Source: a virus. From it: 64,000 bases of DNA. A program made the translations under genes and the position numbers. Under the pieces are notes generated by a model that was not told where the DNA came from, ran no database searches, and saw only the letters and a list, made by a program, of their open reading frames with translations. Within the stretch, counting starts at the first letter, position 1. Each line of letters opens with the position of its first letter. The stretch is taken from positions 64,001 to 128,000 of the IMG/VR virus record IMGVR_UViG_3300020424_000002; one strand, given 5' to 3'. Below, in pieces: positions 17,466 to 27,318 of the stretch.

Positions 17466-18458
17466 TTATGCCATACTTCTTTTTATTGCACCCAGAGCTT
17501 TCATAAAAGATTGTTTGTTCTTCCCTAATAATTTGATTAGTTGTACTCTCATTTGTGGTTTTACTCTATCTAGTGCCATGTTAATTATTTTTGCATTTTT
17601 TTGGGTTACCTTAATTGTTTTACCATCGTCTAGTTTTACATCACTACCAGTTCTTAAATCCTCTGCACCTTTAAGTTGTACTTGAAGATTTTGGTCTGGG
17701 TCATTTGCACGAGGGCCTAACTTTTTAACTCTATCCCTTTGTTGAATAAAGTCTTTAATATTTTGTGAGATATCTTTATCTGGTTCAAAATCTGTATACT
17801 TACCAGCACCGACTGCTTGTGCAAACTTTTTACTTGGTGTTGATGACCCTTTTGCAAAGTTTACTATTTTATTCATTGCATCTTTAAAGTCTTTTGCTTT
17901 ATTTGCAATGTCTCTTATTTTATTATTTGCAGCTGGACTGTTTGCACCAAAGTCATGAAATGCACGAGCTTCATATGCAAGAACTTCTCCATACATTTTT
18001 TGATAGTCTTTAGTATACTTAGACTTACGCATAGGTTCTTTTCTTGCTTTTTTATCGCCTGGTGCATCTTTATATGCAGATGGGTCTGAATCAGATTTTT
18101 CTTTTCCTCTTTGGAAATGTGCATCTCTTTTGGACTTAGTAGATTTTTTGAGACCTTTAAAATACTTTGCTGGTTGAGTTCCTTTTTTATCTTTGATATC
18201 TTTGTCTTGAGGTTCTCTTTCCTCATCTCTGAGACGAGGTTCAGTCCTGTTATACTTTTGTGTAACTATTGAAAGATTTGACTTATCGTTATTCATAGGA
18301 TTACCATCTTTATGATGCACATCTTTACCAACAATACCTTTGGTATCTTTTAGTTGTCTTCGTGCATGATTTCTACCAGCTCTTCTTTTTTTCTGTTCTG
18401 GTTTAGAATGGTAGTTTTCGTATTCTTTTTTGTAGTTCCTTTCTTTGAAAGTCTCCAT
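17466..18458 (-). CDS. Modular protein with N-terminal HNH-like nuclease domain
   Basis: RNYKKEY...RR..RN.ARR...KDVHHKDGNP.NN..SNL.....NR; METFKE leader. Confidence 0.65.
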   Translation of the reverse strand: METFKERNYKKEYENYHSKPEQKKRRAGRNHARRQLKDTKGIVGKDVHHKDGNPMNNDKSNLSIVTQKYNRTEPRLRDEEREPQDKDIKDKKGTQPAKYFKGLKKSTKSKRDAHFQRGKEKSDSDPSAYKDAPGDKKARKEPMRKSKYTKDYQKMYGEVLAYEARAFHDFGANSPAANNKIRDIANKAKDFKDAMNKIVNFAKGSSTPSKKFAQAVGAGKYTDFEPDKDISQNIKDFIQQRDRVKKLGPRANDPDQNLQVQLKGAEDLRTGSDVKLDDGKTIKVTQKNAKIINMALDRVKPQMRVQLIKLLGKNKQSFMKALGAIKRSMA

Positions 18459-18467
18459 GACGACTCC

Positions 18468-21065
18468 TTAGAATGAACTTATAACATCTTTGTGATTTGA
18501 ATACTTACTTGATGATTGTCTCATGAGATTATCATAGATTTGACCTCTGGTTCTCATTAATCCATCTGGCATGTGACCGAGTGCTTTGTGAGTCATCATA
18601 ATACCTTTTAATGCATCTAGTCCTTTTTTATCACCAAGAAGTTTTGCAAGATGCATTAATGAACCAGTGTGGTCATTTCTATCTGTCATTTTTTTAATCT
18701 TGTTGATATCTGCAGCTGACATTTCTTTTTTCTCTACAAGTTCTTCGATACCTTCTTTGATATCTTCTATCTTCTGATGCCACTCTACCATCTCATCTGT
18801 ACCTTCTTTATAGAAGATTGCTTTCTTAGTCACTGGGTCTAATCCCATGTACTTACCTTTGAGAGAAGGCATCTTAACACCAATGTCTCTTAACATTGCA
18901 ACCATCTTATGAAGTCTTTCCCAGTTTGCTGGTGGATGTTTTTGTTTCCAGATTTGACCCATTAATTTGTCAATACTTTTCTCTGGGTCTTTTTCATCAA
19001 ATGGTAGTTTAGTCATCTTTGCCATCATCTTACCAAATGTTTTAAGTTTAACAACATTTGCTGGTGATAGGTTTTCAATCACTACATGATGACCTGTAAA
19101 TTCTTTTGATTCGTTTGCATGTCTAAGTGCAAGTTTAACTGCTGGATTCTTAGATAATCCTCTTTTAAGTTTTTCTATTTCTTTGATTGCATAGTTAGTT
19201 GCACCACTTAAATCAAGTGCAAGTTCAATTGCTTTCTTAACTGTTTTATCTCTTGCAGCTGCTTTTTGTTTTGGATTGTCTCTGTAATATTTGTTTATTT
19301 CTTGACCTGTAAGTTTAGATTTACCCATCTTAGATAGTGGGTCTAACTTACCATCTTTGACTCTTTCATCTATTTTCTTACCATCTTTATCATACTTACC
19401 AGACTTTTTCTTTGCAATTGCAATTGCAGCTTGTTGTGCAAAGTTTTTACCTTTACCTTCTGATACTTCTTCTCGTATTTTTTCCATACCTTTTGGATTT
19501 TTAGTCACTATATCTCTCTGAGATAATATTTTTATTAAATCTTTGACCTCATCTGGTGCAATCATAAAACTTTCATTTCTAAATCTAATAGAATACATTG
19601 TATTCGGTGCTGGAAAGACAAGATTTATTGAGAATTTACCAGATTTTTTTAATCTAGGCATCGGTAGTGATGTTTTCATTGCTTCCTCAAGTTCTTCACT
19701 TACTGCTTTTTCTAAATCATCTGCTTGTTTTGCATGTTTCTTACTTGCTTTCTTCAACATAGTGACAATCTTTTTCACTACTGGTTTGTCGTCATTATCG
19801 AGTTCTTCTGGTAAAGGTTTTACACCTTGTTGTTTGAACATCTTCATCAAGGCATTGTTAGTTGCAAGTTTGATTTTGTTATCTTTACCCATTGCAACCA
19901 TAGTATTTTTAAATCCTTGAGGATTTTGTTTTTGCATTGCCATTGCAACTTTAACACCAGTCATGTTAAGAAGTTTTGCAACACCATACTGGAACATTTT
20001 ATCACCACCAGTTTTAAATAGTTTGTCAATCATTTCACCAGCAGATGCTTCTACTAGTTCAAAATCTTCTTTTTGCATTGCGAGTTTAGTGTTAAGAGTT
20101 CCAATCATCTTAAGGATTGTATCTCTTGCATCTAAAACTTTTTTGTAATCTTTGTTATGAACTGTATTCTTAAGTTCTTTATCACCCATGTTTGCAATCT
20201 TCTGATAAGCTTTTAAGACACTCTGCATGTCTTTAGAAACCTTTTTCATTGCCTCGACTTCTTGTCTCTTGACTTCATCTAAAGATTCTTTTCTATACTG
20301 TCTCATTAATGAATCTATTTGTTTTTGGATTCTATGATATTCATCACTGTCATACTTGACATCCATCTTTTTATTTCTAAGATTACTGATTCTATCTTTA
20401 ACTGAATCAGGCATAGTTGTTAGTGCTTCTAACATATTGTCATCTGGATGTATGACATGTGCAAGGTCTTTATCGTGATTTAGATTACCTTTTTTCTTCT
20501 TGACTATAAATGCATTTACTCTTGCCATTCCCCACTGCTGTGGAGTAGTTCCTGGCCTGTGTCCTGTTTTCCATGCAGCCATTCCACGATTGTAAACTTT
20601 TCTTAATGTTCCTACTGAGATACCAGATTTTTTAGCTTTAGCTGCAAGACCTTTAGATTCATCTAAATCATTATCTTCCATCATCTTCATAAGAGGTTTA
20701 TCTTTTTGGATGTCTTTCATTAAGTTGTCAATATCTTTGTCATTACCCTTGAAGTTTACATTATTATCATCTACAAATTTACCTTTGGATTGTGTACCAA
20801 ATGTTATTTTAACTTTTGGATGTTTTTTTGCATACTTACTGATTAATGCCTGTTGAATTTTTTTCTTGTTTTTCATTGGTACAGACATCATACCATCTTC
20901 TTCAAGATAATCTAACCAATCATTGATTTCTTCGTCACGAACATCTTCGATGAGAGAGTCAATTAACTCCTCATTTAAGATATCTTCATTTGGTGTTGCA
21001 TACATTTCTCTGTATGCATCTGCAACAGATGACAGAGTTTTTCTGTTTCTCATGTAGTTTGACAT
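18468..21065 (-). CDS. Large modular Lys-rich protein, putative internal-head polyprotein
   Basis: ~10 short basic modules separated by (L/I/V)xE sites; includes VYNRGMAAW...QWGMARVN module. Confidence 0.65.
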   Translation of the reverse strand: MSNYMRNRKTLSSVADAYREMYATPNEDILNEELIDSLIEDVRDEEINDWLDYLEEDGMMSVPMKNKKKIQQALISKYAKKHPKVKITFGTQSKGKFVDDNNVNFKGNDKDIDNLMKDIQKDKPLMKMMEDNDLDESKGLAAKAKKSGISVGTLRKVYNRGMAAWKTGHRPGTTPQQWGMARVNAFIVKKKKGNLNHDKDLAHVIHPDDNMLEALTTMPDSVKDRISNLRNKKMDVKYDSDEYHRIQKQIDSLMRQYRKESLDEVKRQEVEAMKKVSKDMQSVLKAYQKIANMGDKELKNTVHNKDYKKVLDARDTILKMIGTLNTKLAMQKEDFELVEASAGEMIDKLFKTGGDKMFQYGVAKLLNMTGVKVAMAMQKQNPQGFKNTMVAMGKDNKIKLATNNALMKMFKQQGVKPLPEELDNDDKPVVKKIVTMLKKASKKHAKQADDLEKAVSEELEEAMKTSLPMPRLKKSGKFSINLVFPAPNTMYSIRFRNESFMIAPDEVKDLIKILSQRDIVTKNPKGMEKIREEVSEGKGKNFAQQAAIAIAKKKSGKYDKDGKKIDERVKDGKLDPLSKMGKSKLTGQEINKYYRDNPKQKAAARDKTVKKAIELALDLSGATNYAIKEIEKLKRGLSKNPAVKLALRHANESKEFTGHHVVIENLSPANVVKLKTFGKMMAKMTKLPFDEKDPEKSIDKLMGQIWKQKHPPANWERLHKMVAMLRDIGVKMPSLKGKYMGLDPVTKKAIFYKEGTDEMVEWHQKIEDIKEGIEELVEKKEMSAADINKIKKMTDRNDHTGSLMHLAKLLGDKKGLDALKGIMMTHKALGHMPDGLMRTRGQIYDNLMRQSSSKYSNHKDVISSF

Positions 21066-21758
21066 TTACTTTCCAGCTTTTCTATTATTGTATATTAAAG
21101 ATTTTTCCTTAACATATCCTAACCTTCTTAAGGTTTCTTTAAATGATTTACTTCTTGCATCATATTTAATCTCAGATGCATCTTCGTTTTTACCGATTGC
21201 TTTTGAGATTGCTTTTCTTTTCTTATGCAAGAATTTATCAGATGAATCAACATCACCATCATTGTCGATGTCTTTGTCTTTTCTATCTTTAAACTTTTTC
21301 TTAACTGCTTTTTTGTCTACTTTATCAAGTCCTTCACCATCATCTGATTTATCATTAGATGCATCTTCTGTATTACAATGACTTGCCTTTAGGTCTTTTT
21401 TGAGTTTTTTCTTTCCATCCTCAGAACCCATATCAGCCATTTCACCGACTGTACAAGGATACTCTTTACCAGCAAACATAAAGGTTTTATCACCATTTTT
21501 CTTTGCTTGTCTTGCAGCTGCAATGAATGACCTTTTGTCATCATTTACTGCTTTTCTAAGTTCTTGTAGTTCTTTATTGAACGATTCTGCAACTTCTGGT
21601 TTGTCCTGTAAAGGATATCCCATAAGTTCTGCTTGTTGTGCAAAACGAGATTTTGCTGGTTGTCCAGAATTAAGGACTTCTGAGACCGCATCAGCAACAG
21701 ATTTAGTTACTTTATCAGTCCCACTGTTGAATTTTAATCTATCTTTTATATCTGACAT
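21066..21758 (-). CDS. Charged putative prohead core/internal protein
   Basis: DKDIDNDGDVDSSDKFLH EF-hand-like motif; late promoter upstream. Confidence 0.55.
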   Translation of the reverse strand: MSDIKDRLKFNSGTDKVTKSVADAVSEVLNSGQPAKSRFAQQAELMGYPLQDKPEVAESFNKELQELRKAVNDDKRSFIAAARQAKKNGDKTFMFAGKEYPCTVGEMADMGSEDGKKKLKKDLKASHCNTEDASNDKSDDGEGLDKVDKKAVKKKFKDRKDKDIDNDGDVDSSDKFLHKKRKAISKAIGKNEDASEIKYDARSKSFKETLRRLGYVKEKSLIYNNRKAGK

Positions 21759-21786
21759 TGTGGTCTCCTATTAATGTTTCCTCTAG

Positions 21787-21794
21787 TATTTATA
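21787..21794 (-). promoter_or_regulatory. T4-type late promoter
   Basis: TATAAATA. Confidence 0.75.
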
Positions 21795-21798
21795 TATA

Positions 21799-23220
21799 TC
21801 ACTTCTTCGACTGTGATTGTCTAAACTTTTTAAGTCGTTCTACTTCACCTTTTTTAACTTTAGGGAAGAGTTTTTTACTTAATTTTGCAATTGCACTCTT
21901 CTTTTTATCTAATTTTTTACCGATTGCAATTCTAGCACCCATTGAAAGTTCACTTGCAGCCTTACCACCAGACATTTTTTTAAATAAAATTGCTCTTGCA
22001 GTCTTCATTGCTTTTGTTTTCAATTGGTCATTAGTCTTCATTCTTTTCTTTTTACGAGCTTTAGTTCTTGCAATCTTCTGTGCAAGTCGTCTCATTCTCA
22101 TACCAATTGCCCTTCTTTGTTGCATATTAAGTACTTCTAACTGTAATTGTCTTGTTAATTCACTAGTAAATTTACCTTCTGCAACCTTATGTTGTTTCTT
22201 TGCCATGTTCATTGCTGTCCCATGCATTACTTCTTTTGCTTTATCACCATACTCTTTTTCAAAGTAATCTTTCTTTTTCTTTAAATCTTTGTAAATCTTT
22301 TCTTTCGTAGCCATAACTGCATCGGATACTTCGTTTGTATCAGTCGGATTTGTACTTCTATTTTTAAGTCTAGTTAATCTTCTTCTATCTGCATCCATTT
22401 CTCTGTCATGTTTAATTTTTAATTGTTCTTTTTCTCTAGATTGTTTGTCTTTTAGGTTATCTGTAGTTTCATCTTCATTGAATAATCTTTTTTCCATATC
22501 TACTGGATGTTCATAGGAAGCTGCAAGTGCAACATTTTTCATAGGTTTCATGGTCAATGCAGATTTCCATGCAGTTGCCATTTTGTTTGAAGGGAAAGAT
22601 TTTACGAATGCTCTAAGTCTAGGGAAAATTTTAGTGGTGTTTTTATCCAAATCATTCATATCACCATCATTATCTACAATAAAAAAGTTTTGTCTACCAA
22701 ATGTAGCTTGTAGTTTACCCATGTTTTTTCTGACTGTTGCATGATTGCTTTGTACTATATTGTCTGGGATACTTCTTTCTCGTTGTCTATTTCTATCTAA
22801 TGCAGTTTCTAATGAAGTATTTACGAATACCATTGCAGTTTCGTATCCTAAATCTTGAAGGAGTTTTCTTTGTTTTACGATATTTTTTACATCTCTTGCA
22901 GTTGAATCAATAACAAGTCCTAACCGACCTTTAATATACATTTCTTGTCGTTTACCAGTGATTGCTTTTGCATGAACACGAATTGCATCTCTTTGTTCTT
23001 CTTCACTCTCTGGCATTTTAAGTGAAAGACCTGCTTTCTTAAGACCCATTTCAAATGATTGGTCTGAGTTTACTGGTCGTAAACCCATAGAACCGAACCC
23101 TAATTTTTTAGCTGCAAGTGATTTACCACTGCCTGGGCCACCTGCCATAAAGACAGCCTTAAATACGCCTGGGTCGTTAATTCCTTCGTTAAGCGAGTCG
23201 TATGTATTTTCCAATATCAT
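21799..23220 (-). CDS. Zeta-toxin/AAA_33-like P-loop kinase fused to basic modules
   Basis: KAVFMAGGPGSGKS, VNSD, VIDST, ALDRN..RER. Confidence 0.75.
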   Translation of the reverse strand: MILENTYDSLNEGINDPGVFKAVFMAGGPGSGKSLAAKKLGFGSMGLRPVNSDQSFEMGLKKAGLSLKMPESEEEQRDAIRVHAKAITGKRQEMYIKGRLGLVIDSTARDVKNIVKQRKLLQDLGYETAMVFVNTSLETALDRNRQRERSIPDNIVQSNHATVRKNMGKLQATFGRQNFFIVDNDGDMNDLDKNTTKIFPRLRAFVKSFPSNKMATAWKSALTMKPMKNVALAASYEHPVDMEKRLFNEDETTDNLKDKQSREKEQLKIKHDREMDADRRRLTRLKNRSTNPTDTNEVSDAVMATKEKIYKDLKKKKDYFEKEYGDKAKEVMHGTAMNMAKKQHKVAEGKFTSELTRQLQLEVLNMQQRRAIGMRMRRLAQKIARTKARKKKRMKTNDQLKTKAMKTARAILFKKMSGGKAASELSMGARIAIGKKLDKKKSAIAKLSKKLFPKVKKGEVERLKKFRQSQSKK

Positions 23221-23845
23221 CTGTTATGTACTCTGGTATATGATGGAATTCTTCTCGAATTGCCATTCCTTTTCTTACTGCTTTATACAGTTGTTTTCCT
23301 TGTCTAAAAGTTCTTGGTAATGATTTAACAAATGTTTTTTCATCACCATCGAAAGCCATTGCTCTCATCTTAGATGCAGACATACCAGATATGTCATCTG
23401 CATCTGGGTCTCTTTCACCTGCTGATACCAATTCGATACTTTTAAAGTTATAGAAACCATGTCTACCTTTCACACCATTGTACTTTGTGAGTAGACTCTC
23501 AAATTCTCTTAGTCTATCTGAACCAGCAACCATCTTTACACTTCTGTATCCTTGGTTATACAAGTCAACCACCACATCAAATACTGTTCTAGAATTAGAT
23601 GTAGAAACTGTTACTTTTGCTGGTCTAAACAAGAGTTTCATGAACTTTGTTTTGGTTCTATAATCTAGTGGATTCTTCTTTGGGTCTTGACTATGACTTG
23701 TATAGATGAATCCATCATCCGAACCAGCAACCTGTTTCACTTTCATTGCAAGTTTGAGATGTCCAGCAGTTGGTGGATTAAACCTACCGAATGCAAACAC
23801 AGCAGTTTGTGAATTTATCTCAACAATGTCTTTGAAACTTTTCAT
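23189..23845 (-). CDS. Cytidylyl/nucleotidyltransferase (HIGH family)
   Basis: FGRFNPPTAGH, KNPL, AGSDR, MSASKMR. Confidence 0.85.
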   Translation of the reverse strand: MKSFKDIVEINSQTAVFAFGRFNPPTAGHLKLAMKVKQVAGSDDGFIYTSHSQDPKKNPLDYRTKTKFMKLLFRPAKVTVSTSNSRTVFDVVVDLYNQGYRSVKMVAGSDRLREFESLLTKYNGVKGRHGFYNFKSIELVSAGERDPDADDISGMSASKMRAMAFDGDEKTFVKSLPRTFRQGKQLYKAVRKGMAIREEFHHIPEYITDDIGKYIRLA

Positions 23846-23853
23846 GTAAGTAT

Positions 23854-25041
23854 TTATGTTTTTACAAATTTCTGTTCGTTGATTTTAAGTGCATCATAAT
23901 CCATTTGCACATATTCTCTACATACATCCCACCACTCTTTTAAGTCTTCATCTTCTTGTAGTTCTTCTATAACTCTTTGTCTAATTTCTGGTGTGACATT
24001 CATATGAGTATGGGCATACATGCTGTGAGATTGTTTTTGGTGAAACTTAACCTTAACTTCATCATCAATAAATCCTAAATCTATTAATGTATCAATTGCA
24101 CCAGCTGTCTTTTTCAAAGATTCTTCTGATGGATGTAGAAAACCTAGTCCACTTTGTGTATAGTCTATGTCGTGTTTATAGTGTACAAGATTATCGTAAA
24201 TGTCATACATTGATTTACCATTCCACAATGGTCTTGATAATACGAAAGTATGATTCATTTGTTGTCCTTCTAATCCACCTATTAGTAATCTTTCTGGTGG
24301 ACAAAAATATATTATTCTTTTTGCAGAATTGTAATATCTTTCCCATCCTTCTTCTGTATCTGCATCTAAATCATATATCCATGGACAAGACATACCATTA
24401 TCCATTTCAGTTATAAGACCAGATATAAATCTTTCCCAAGGGTCACGAACAAGTAAATACGATGTCCAATCGTTGAAAAAATTTAATTCTTGAAATGGTG
24501 GAGTCAGTTCTGAATCACGACCTTCACCATAATTTTTAGGAGTAGCTTTCATTCCATAATCCCATGGACAGTTATCACCAAAAAATTCTTTTGCTTCTTT
24601 CGAACCCCTCTTAATAATTTTTGAATATGCAGTAAGAGGATTCAAACTCCCATCAGGAGCCTGTTTCCAGTGTTCTGGAATATTTTCATAACCATGCATT
24701 ACAACTCTTTTGTTAGGTTGATACATATCTGTAACAAATTGCAGATATTCTTCATCTGATAACCAAGTTCTTGGATTACGATTTTGGTCTTCAATCCAAA
24801 CCCAGTCATCATCAAACATTTCGTTTTGTGCGTTTAGATAAAAACGAATTGAGGAATGTCCTACTTTACGAGGACATGTAAGTATTACTTTTCTTTTTTT
24901 AGATATGAATGTGGGATGACATCTTTCCCAACATGTTTCACCATCAAAATGTGCATTAACAGTAAAAGTTTGTTTTCCAACTGTTATTTGAACTTCATTA
25001 TTTTCATTAAATGAAGCAAAAGATTTCAAAGAATCTGACAT
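23854..25041 (-). CDS. Sulfotransferase family protein
   Basis: PRKVGHSS (5'-PSB) and VRDPWERFISG (3'-PB) motifs. Confidence 0.75.
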   Translation of the reverse strand: MSDSLKSFASFNENNEVQITVGKQTFTVNAHFDGETCWERCHPTFISKKRKVILTCPRKVGHSSIRFYLNAQNEMFDDDWVWIEDQNRNPRTWLSDEEYLQFVTDMYQPNKRVVMHGYENIPEHWKQAPDGSLNPLTAYSKIIKRGSKEAKEFFGDNCPWDYGMKATPKNYGEGRDSELTPPFQELNFFNDWTSYLLVRDPWERFISGLITEMDNGMSCPWIYDLDADTEEGWERYYNSAKRIIYFCPPERLLIGGLEGQQMNHTFVLSRPLWNGKSMYDIYDNLVHYKHDIDYTQSGLGFLHPSEESLKKTAGAIDTLIDLGFIDDEVKVKFHQKQSHSMYAHTHMNVTPEIRQRVIEELQEDEDLKEWWDVCREYVQMDYDALKINEQKFVKT

Positions 25042-25057
25042 AATATAACTCCATAAT

Positions 25058-26269
25058 TTATTTGTCCCAGTCTTTTTGTACTGTAAAGTTATTTAGTGAG
25101 AACTCCATTCGGTCTACTAACTTCACTGCACCACCAAGATTATTGTCAATTGCAACAAAACCCTCTGGTGCAACGACATCAAAACCATTATCTTTTTTTA
25201 CAAACAATTGTGTTAATTGTTTTGCTTTATTTACTTTAGTAAGTATCTTAATCTTTGCATAGTTTATCAATGCTTGAAACTCTACTAAAGTTTTAAGTAA
25301 TGTTAAATGTTTTCTAATTTGTGTAAGATGTATGTTTTTGTTTTTCTCTGCTGTCTTTTTTGCAGATGTAACTTTGAGTTTATCTATTTGTGCATCAAAC
25401 TTTTCCTCTACAAATTTAAAATAACCATCTGCATGATTCTTATAGTTTAATCGTAAAAAGTTTGTTCCTTCTCTTACTTTACTATTGTGATATGTTTTGT
25501 AACTCATGCCTGGCTTCATCTCTGATTGATGTTTTAAGAATGAATCTAGTGATGGTTTTCTTATCTTCTGAAAAACCTTACCTGTTCTGGACATCAATCT
25601 GGTTATTTCTGCACTGTCTTTTTGCGTAAAGGTTGCAGTTCCAGATACATCATTGTAGGATGCATCATCCATCCAGACCTTACTTGTTTTTTTAAGACCA
25701 GATATGTTTGCACCAAATGATGCAGTTAAATCTGATAATGAATCTCCTGTATAAGTTGTATGAAATACAATACCCACATTTGCTCTTCTCATAGTAGATG
25801 CAAGTTTAGATGTAGAAGGTACTGCATACATGATTGTATTTGGTTGAAAGGTTTCATACGATTCACCATTGATATCTTTCTTTTCTAGGTCACCTTTTGT
25901 AAACATCAAGTCACCTTGAAGTATATCTTTAATACCGATATCTTTCAGATTGTTATAACATGCTTTGAATTTTTCTGCAAGTTGTCCAGATAAATCTGCA
26001 TTTATCTCTGCAATTGATGTGTAGTATTTTGGTGTTTTGTTAAATAAACTTTTCTTTGCAACAAAGAATTTACCTGTCTCTGGGTCATTACCACAAAAGA
26101 TAGCAGGAGCTCCATCCCATTTTACAGTGACATTAACACTTCTCTTACTTCCAGACATCAACATGTCACGAAGTGACCTTATAAAGTTTATAGATGCACG
26201 ACCACCATCAATACCATTATTGAATATTTCGTCTTCTATATGTTCTAAATGTACATTAGGACTTGGCAT
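25058..26269 (-). CDS. DUF6267-like protein, ligase-type nucleotidyltransferase fold
   Basis: HLEHIED, TVKWDGAPA (KxDG), QGDLMF, PEGFV, KLVDR.EFS. Confidence 0.7.
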   Translation of the reverse strand: MPSPNVHLEHIEDEIFNNGIDGGRASINFIRSLRDMLMSGSKRSVNVTVKWDGAPAIFCGNDPETGKFFVAKKSLFNKTPKYYTSIAEINADLSGQLAEKFKACYNNLKDIGIKDILQGDLMFTKGDLEKKDINGESYETFQPNTIMYAVPSTSKLASTMRRANVGIVFHTTYTGDSLSDLTASFGANISGLKKTSKVWMDDASYNDVSGTATFTQKDSAEITRLMSRTGKVFQKIRKPSLDSFLKHQSEMKPGMSYKTYHNSKVREGTNFLRLNYKNHADGYFKFVEEKFDAQIDKLKVTSAKKTAEKNKNIHLTQIRKHLTLLKTLVEFQALINYAKIKILTKVNKAKQLTQLFVKKDNGFDVVAPEGFVAIDNNLGGAVKLVDRMEFSLNNFTVQKDWDK

Positions 26270-26588
26270 TTCTTTCCTTCGTTTTCTTTTTCATCTTGTT
26301 TATGTATGCACGATAGACAGCTGCCTGTGCATTCTTACCCATCTCTCTTGCTCTTTGTTCCATTGCAATTGCAGCTTGTATTTTATGTGCATGAGATTTA
26401 CCAGAATTTTTAATCTTAGTGACACTTGCTTTTGCATCATCAACTGTTGCAAATTTTAATCCATGAATAGTTCCTTTAGGATTTTCATCTGTATATAAAT
26501 CAGAATGTTTTTTAGAGTTTGCAGGCTGACCTTTCTTTCTAGGTATCCTAGGATTCTTTTGTTCTATAAATTGTTTGAAAGAAATCAT
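26256..26588 (-). CDS. Basic putative internal protein
   Basis: MISFKQFIE leader; DLYTDENPKGTI.GL.F...MEQRA. Confidence 0.6.
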   Translation of the reverse strand: MISFKQFIEQKNPRIPRKKGQPANSKKHSDLYTDENPKGTIHGLKFATVDDAKASVTKIKNSGKSHAHKIQAAIAMEQRAREMGKNAQAAVYRAYINKMKKKTKERNAKS

Positions 26589-27310
26589 TTGTTTCTTACA
26601 TTTCCTATTGCATCTGTATATGCAAGTGTTAAAGGTAGTAAGTCTTTAATAGGTAAATCTATTTCTAATGCAGTTACTTGTATAGCTGGGTCAACCAATA
26701 CAGCAGATAAGAATCTGTGGTGACCATCTATAATTCTGTCATCTTTAGATACTACATAAAAATTATTCTTAGATGCAGAAAAATCTTTAGTCCCTTTTGC
26801 ACCAAACTTAGATACATTCTTAATTGACTTGTCAAAATATATTTGACTTTGAATAGGTTTTAGTTTTCCTACTGCAATCTTTTTAATTCTAACATTTACT
26901 TTGTCATCGTCTTTATCACCATCATTCTTTGCAAGACCACCACTTACCCATTTTTTTCCTGTCTCTTTGTCTAGTCCTTGAGGAAATGGGTCATCTGGAA
27001 CTTCGTTCTTTGCAAAGGGTCTTGCAATATCAATTGCACCTGCTTTTAATCTTCTTTGTAATAGTTTGATATCTCTGTTATCGATTACAGGCATATCTTT
27101 TCTTTGTGCAAATCCCATCCTTGCAAGTTTTTTTGCAAGTTTATAGTTTCTATCGAAGTTAGGAATCTCTTTATCTATATCAAATCCTTTCTTATCAAAA
27201 AGTTTTTTTGCATATTCATATGCTTTCTTCTCATCTGTTTTGATAAGTTCCATCTTACCAGCTTCTGCACCGCCTTTACCTTCTGCTATGTATCTTCTAA
27301 AACTTTTCAT
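26585..27310 (-). CDS. ParB/Srx-like domain protein
   Basis: R.DMPVI, LKPIQSQI, IIDGHHR; MKSFRRYIAE leader. Confidence 0.75.
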   Translation of the reverse strand: MKSFRRYIAEGKGGAEAGKMELIKTDEKKAYEYAKKLFDKKGFDIDKEIPNFDRNYKLAKKLARMGFAQRKDMPVIDNRDIKLLQRRLKAGAIDIARPFAKNEVPDDPFPQGLDKETGKKWVSGGLAKNDGDKDDDKVNVRIKKIAVGKLKPIQSQIYFDKSIKNVSKFGAKGTKDFSASKNNFYVVSKDDRIIDGHHRFLSAVLVDPAIQVTALEIDLPIKDLLPLTLAYTDAIGNVRNK

Positions 27311-27318
27311 ATCTTTTC

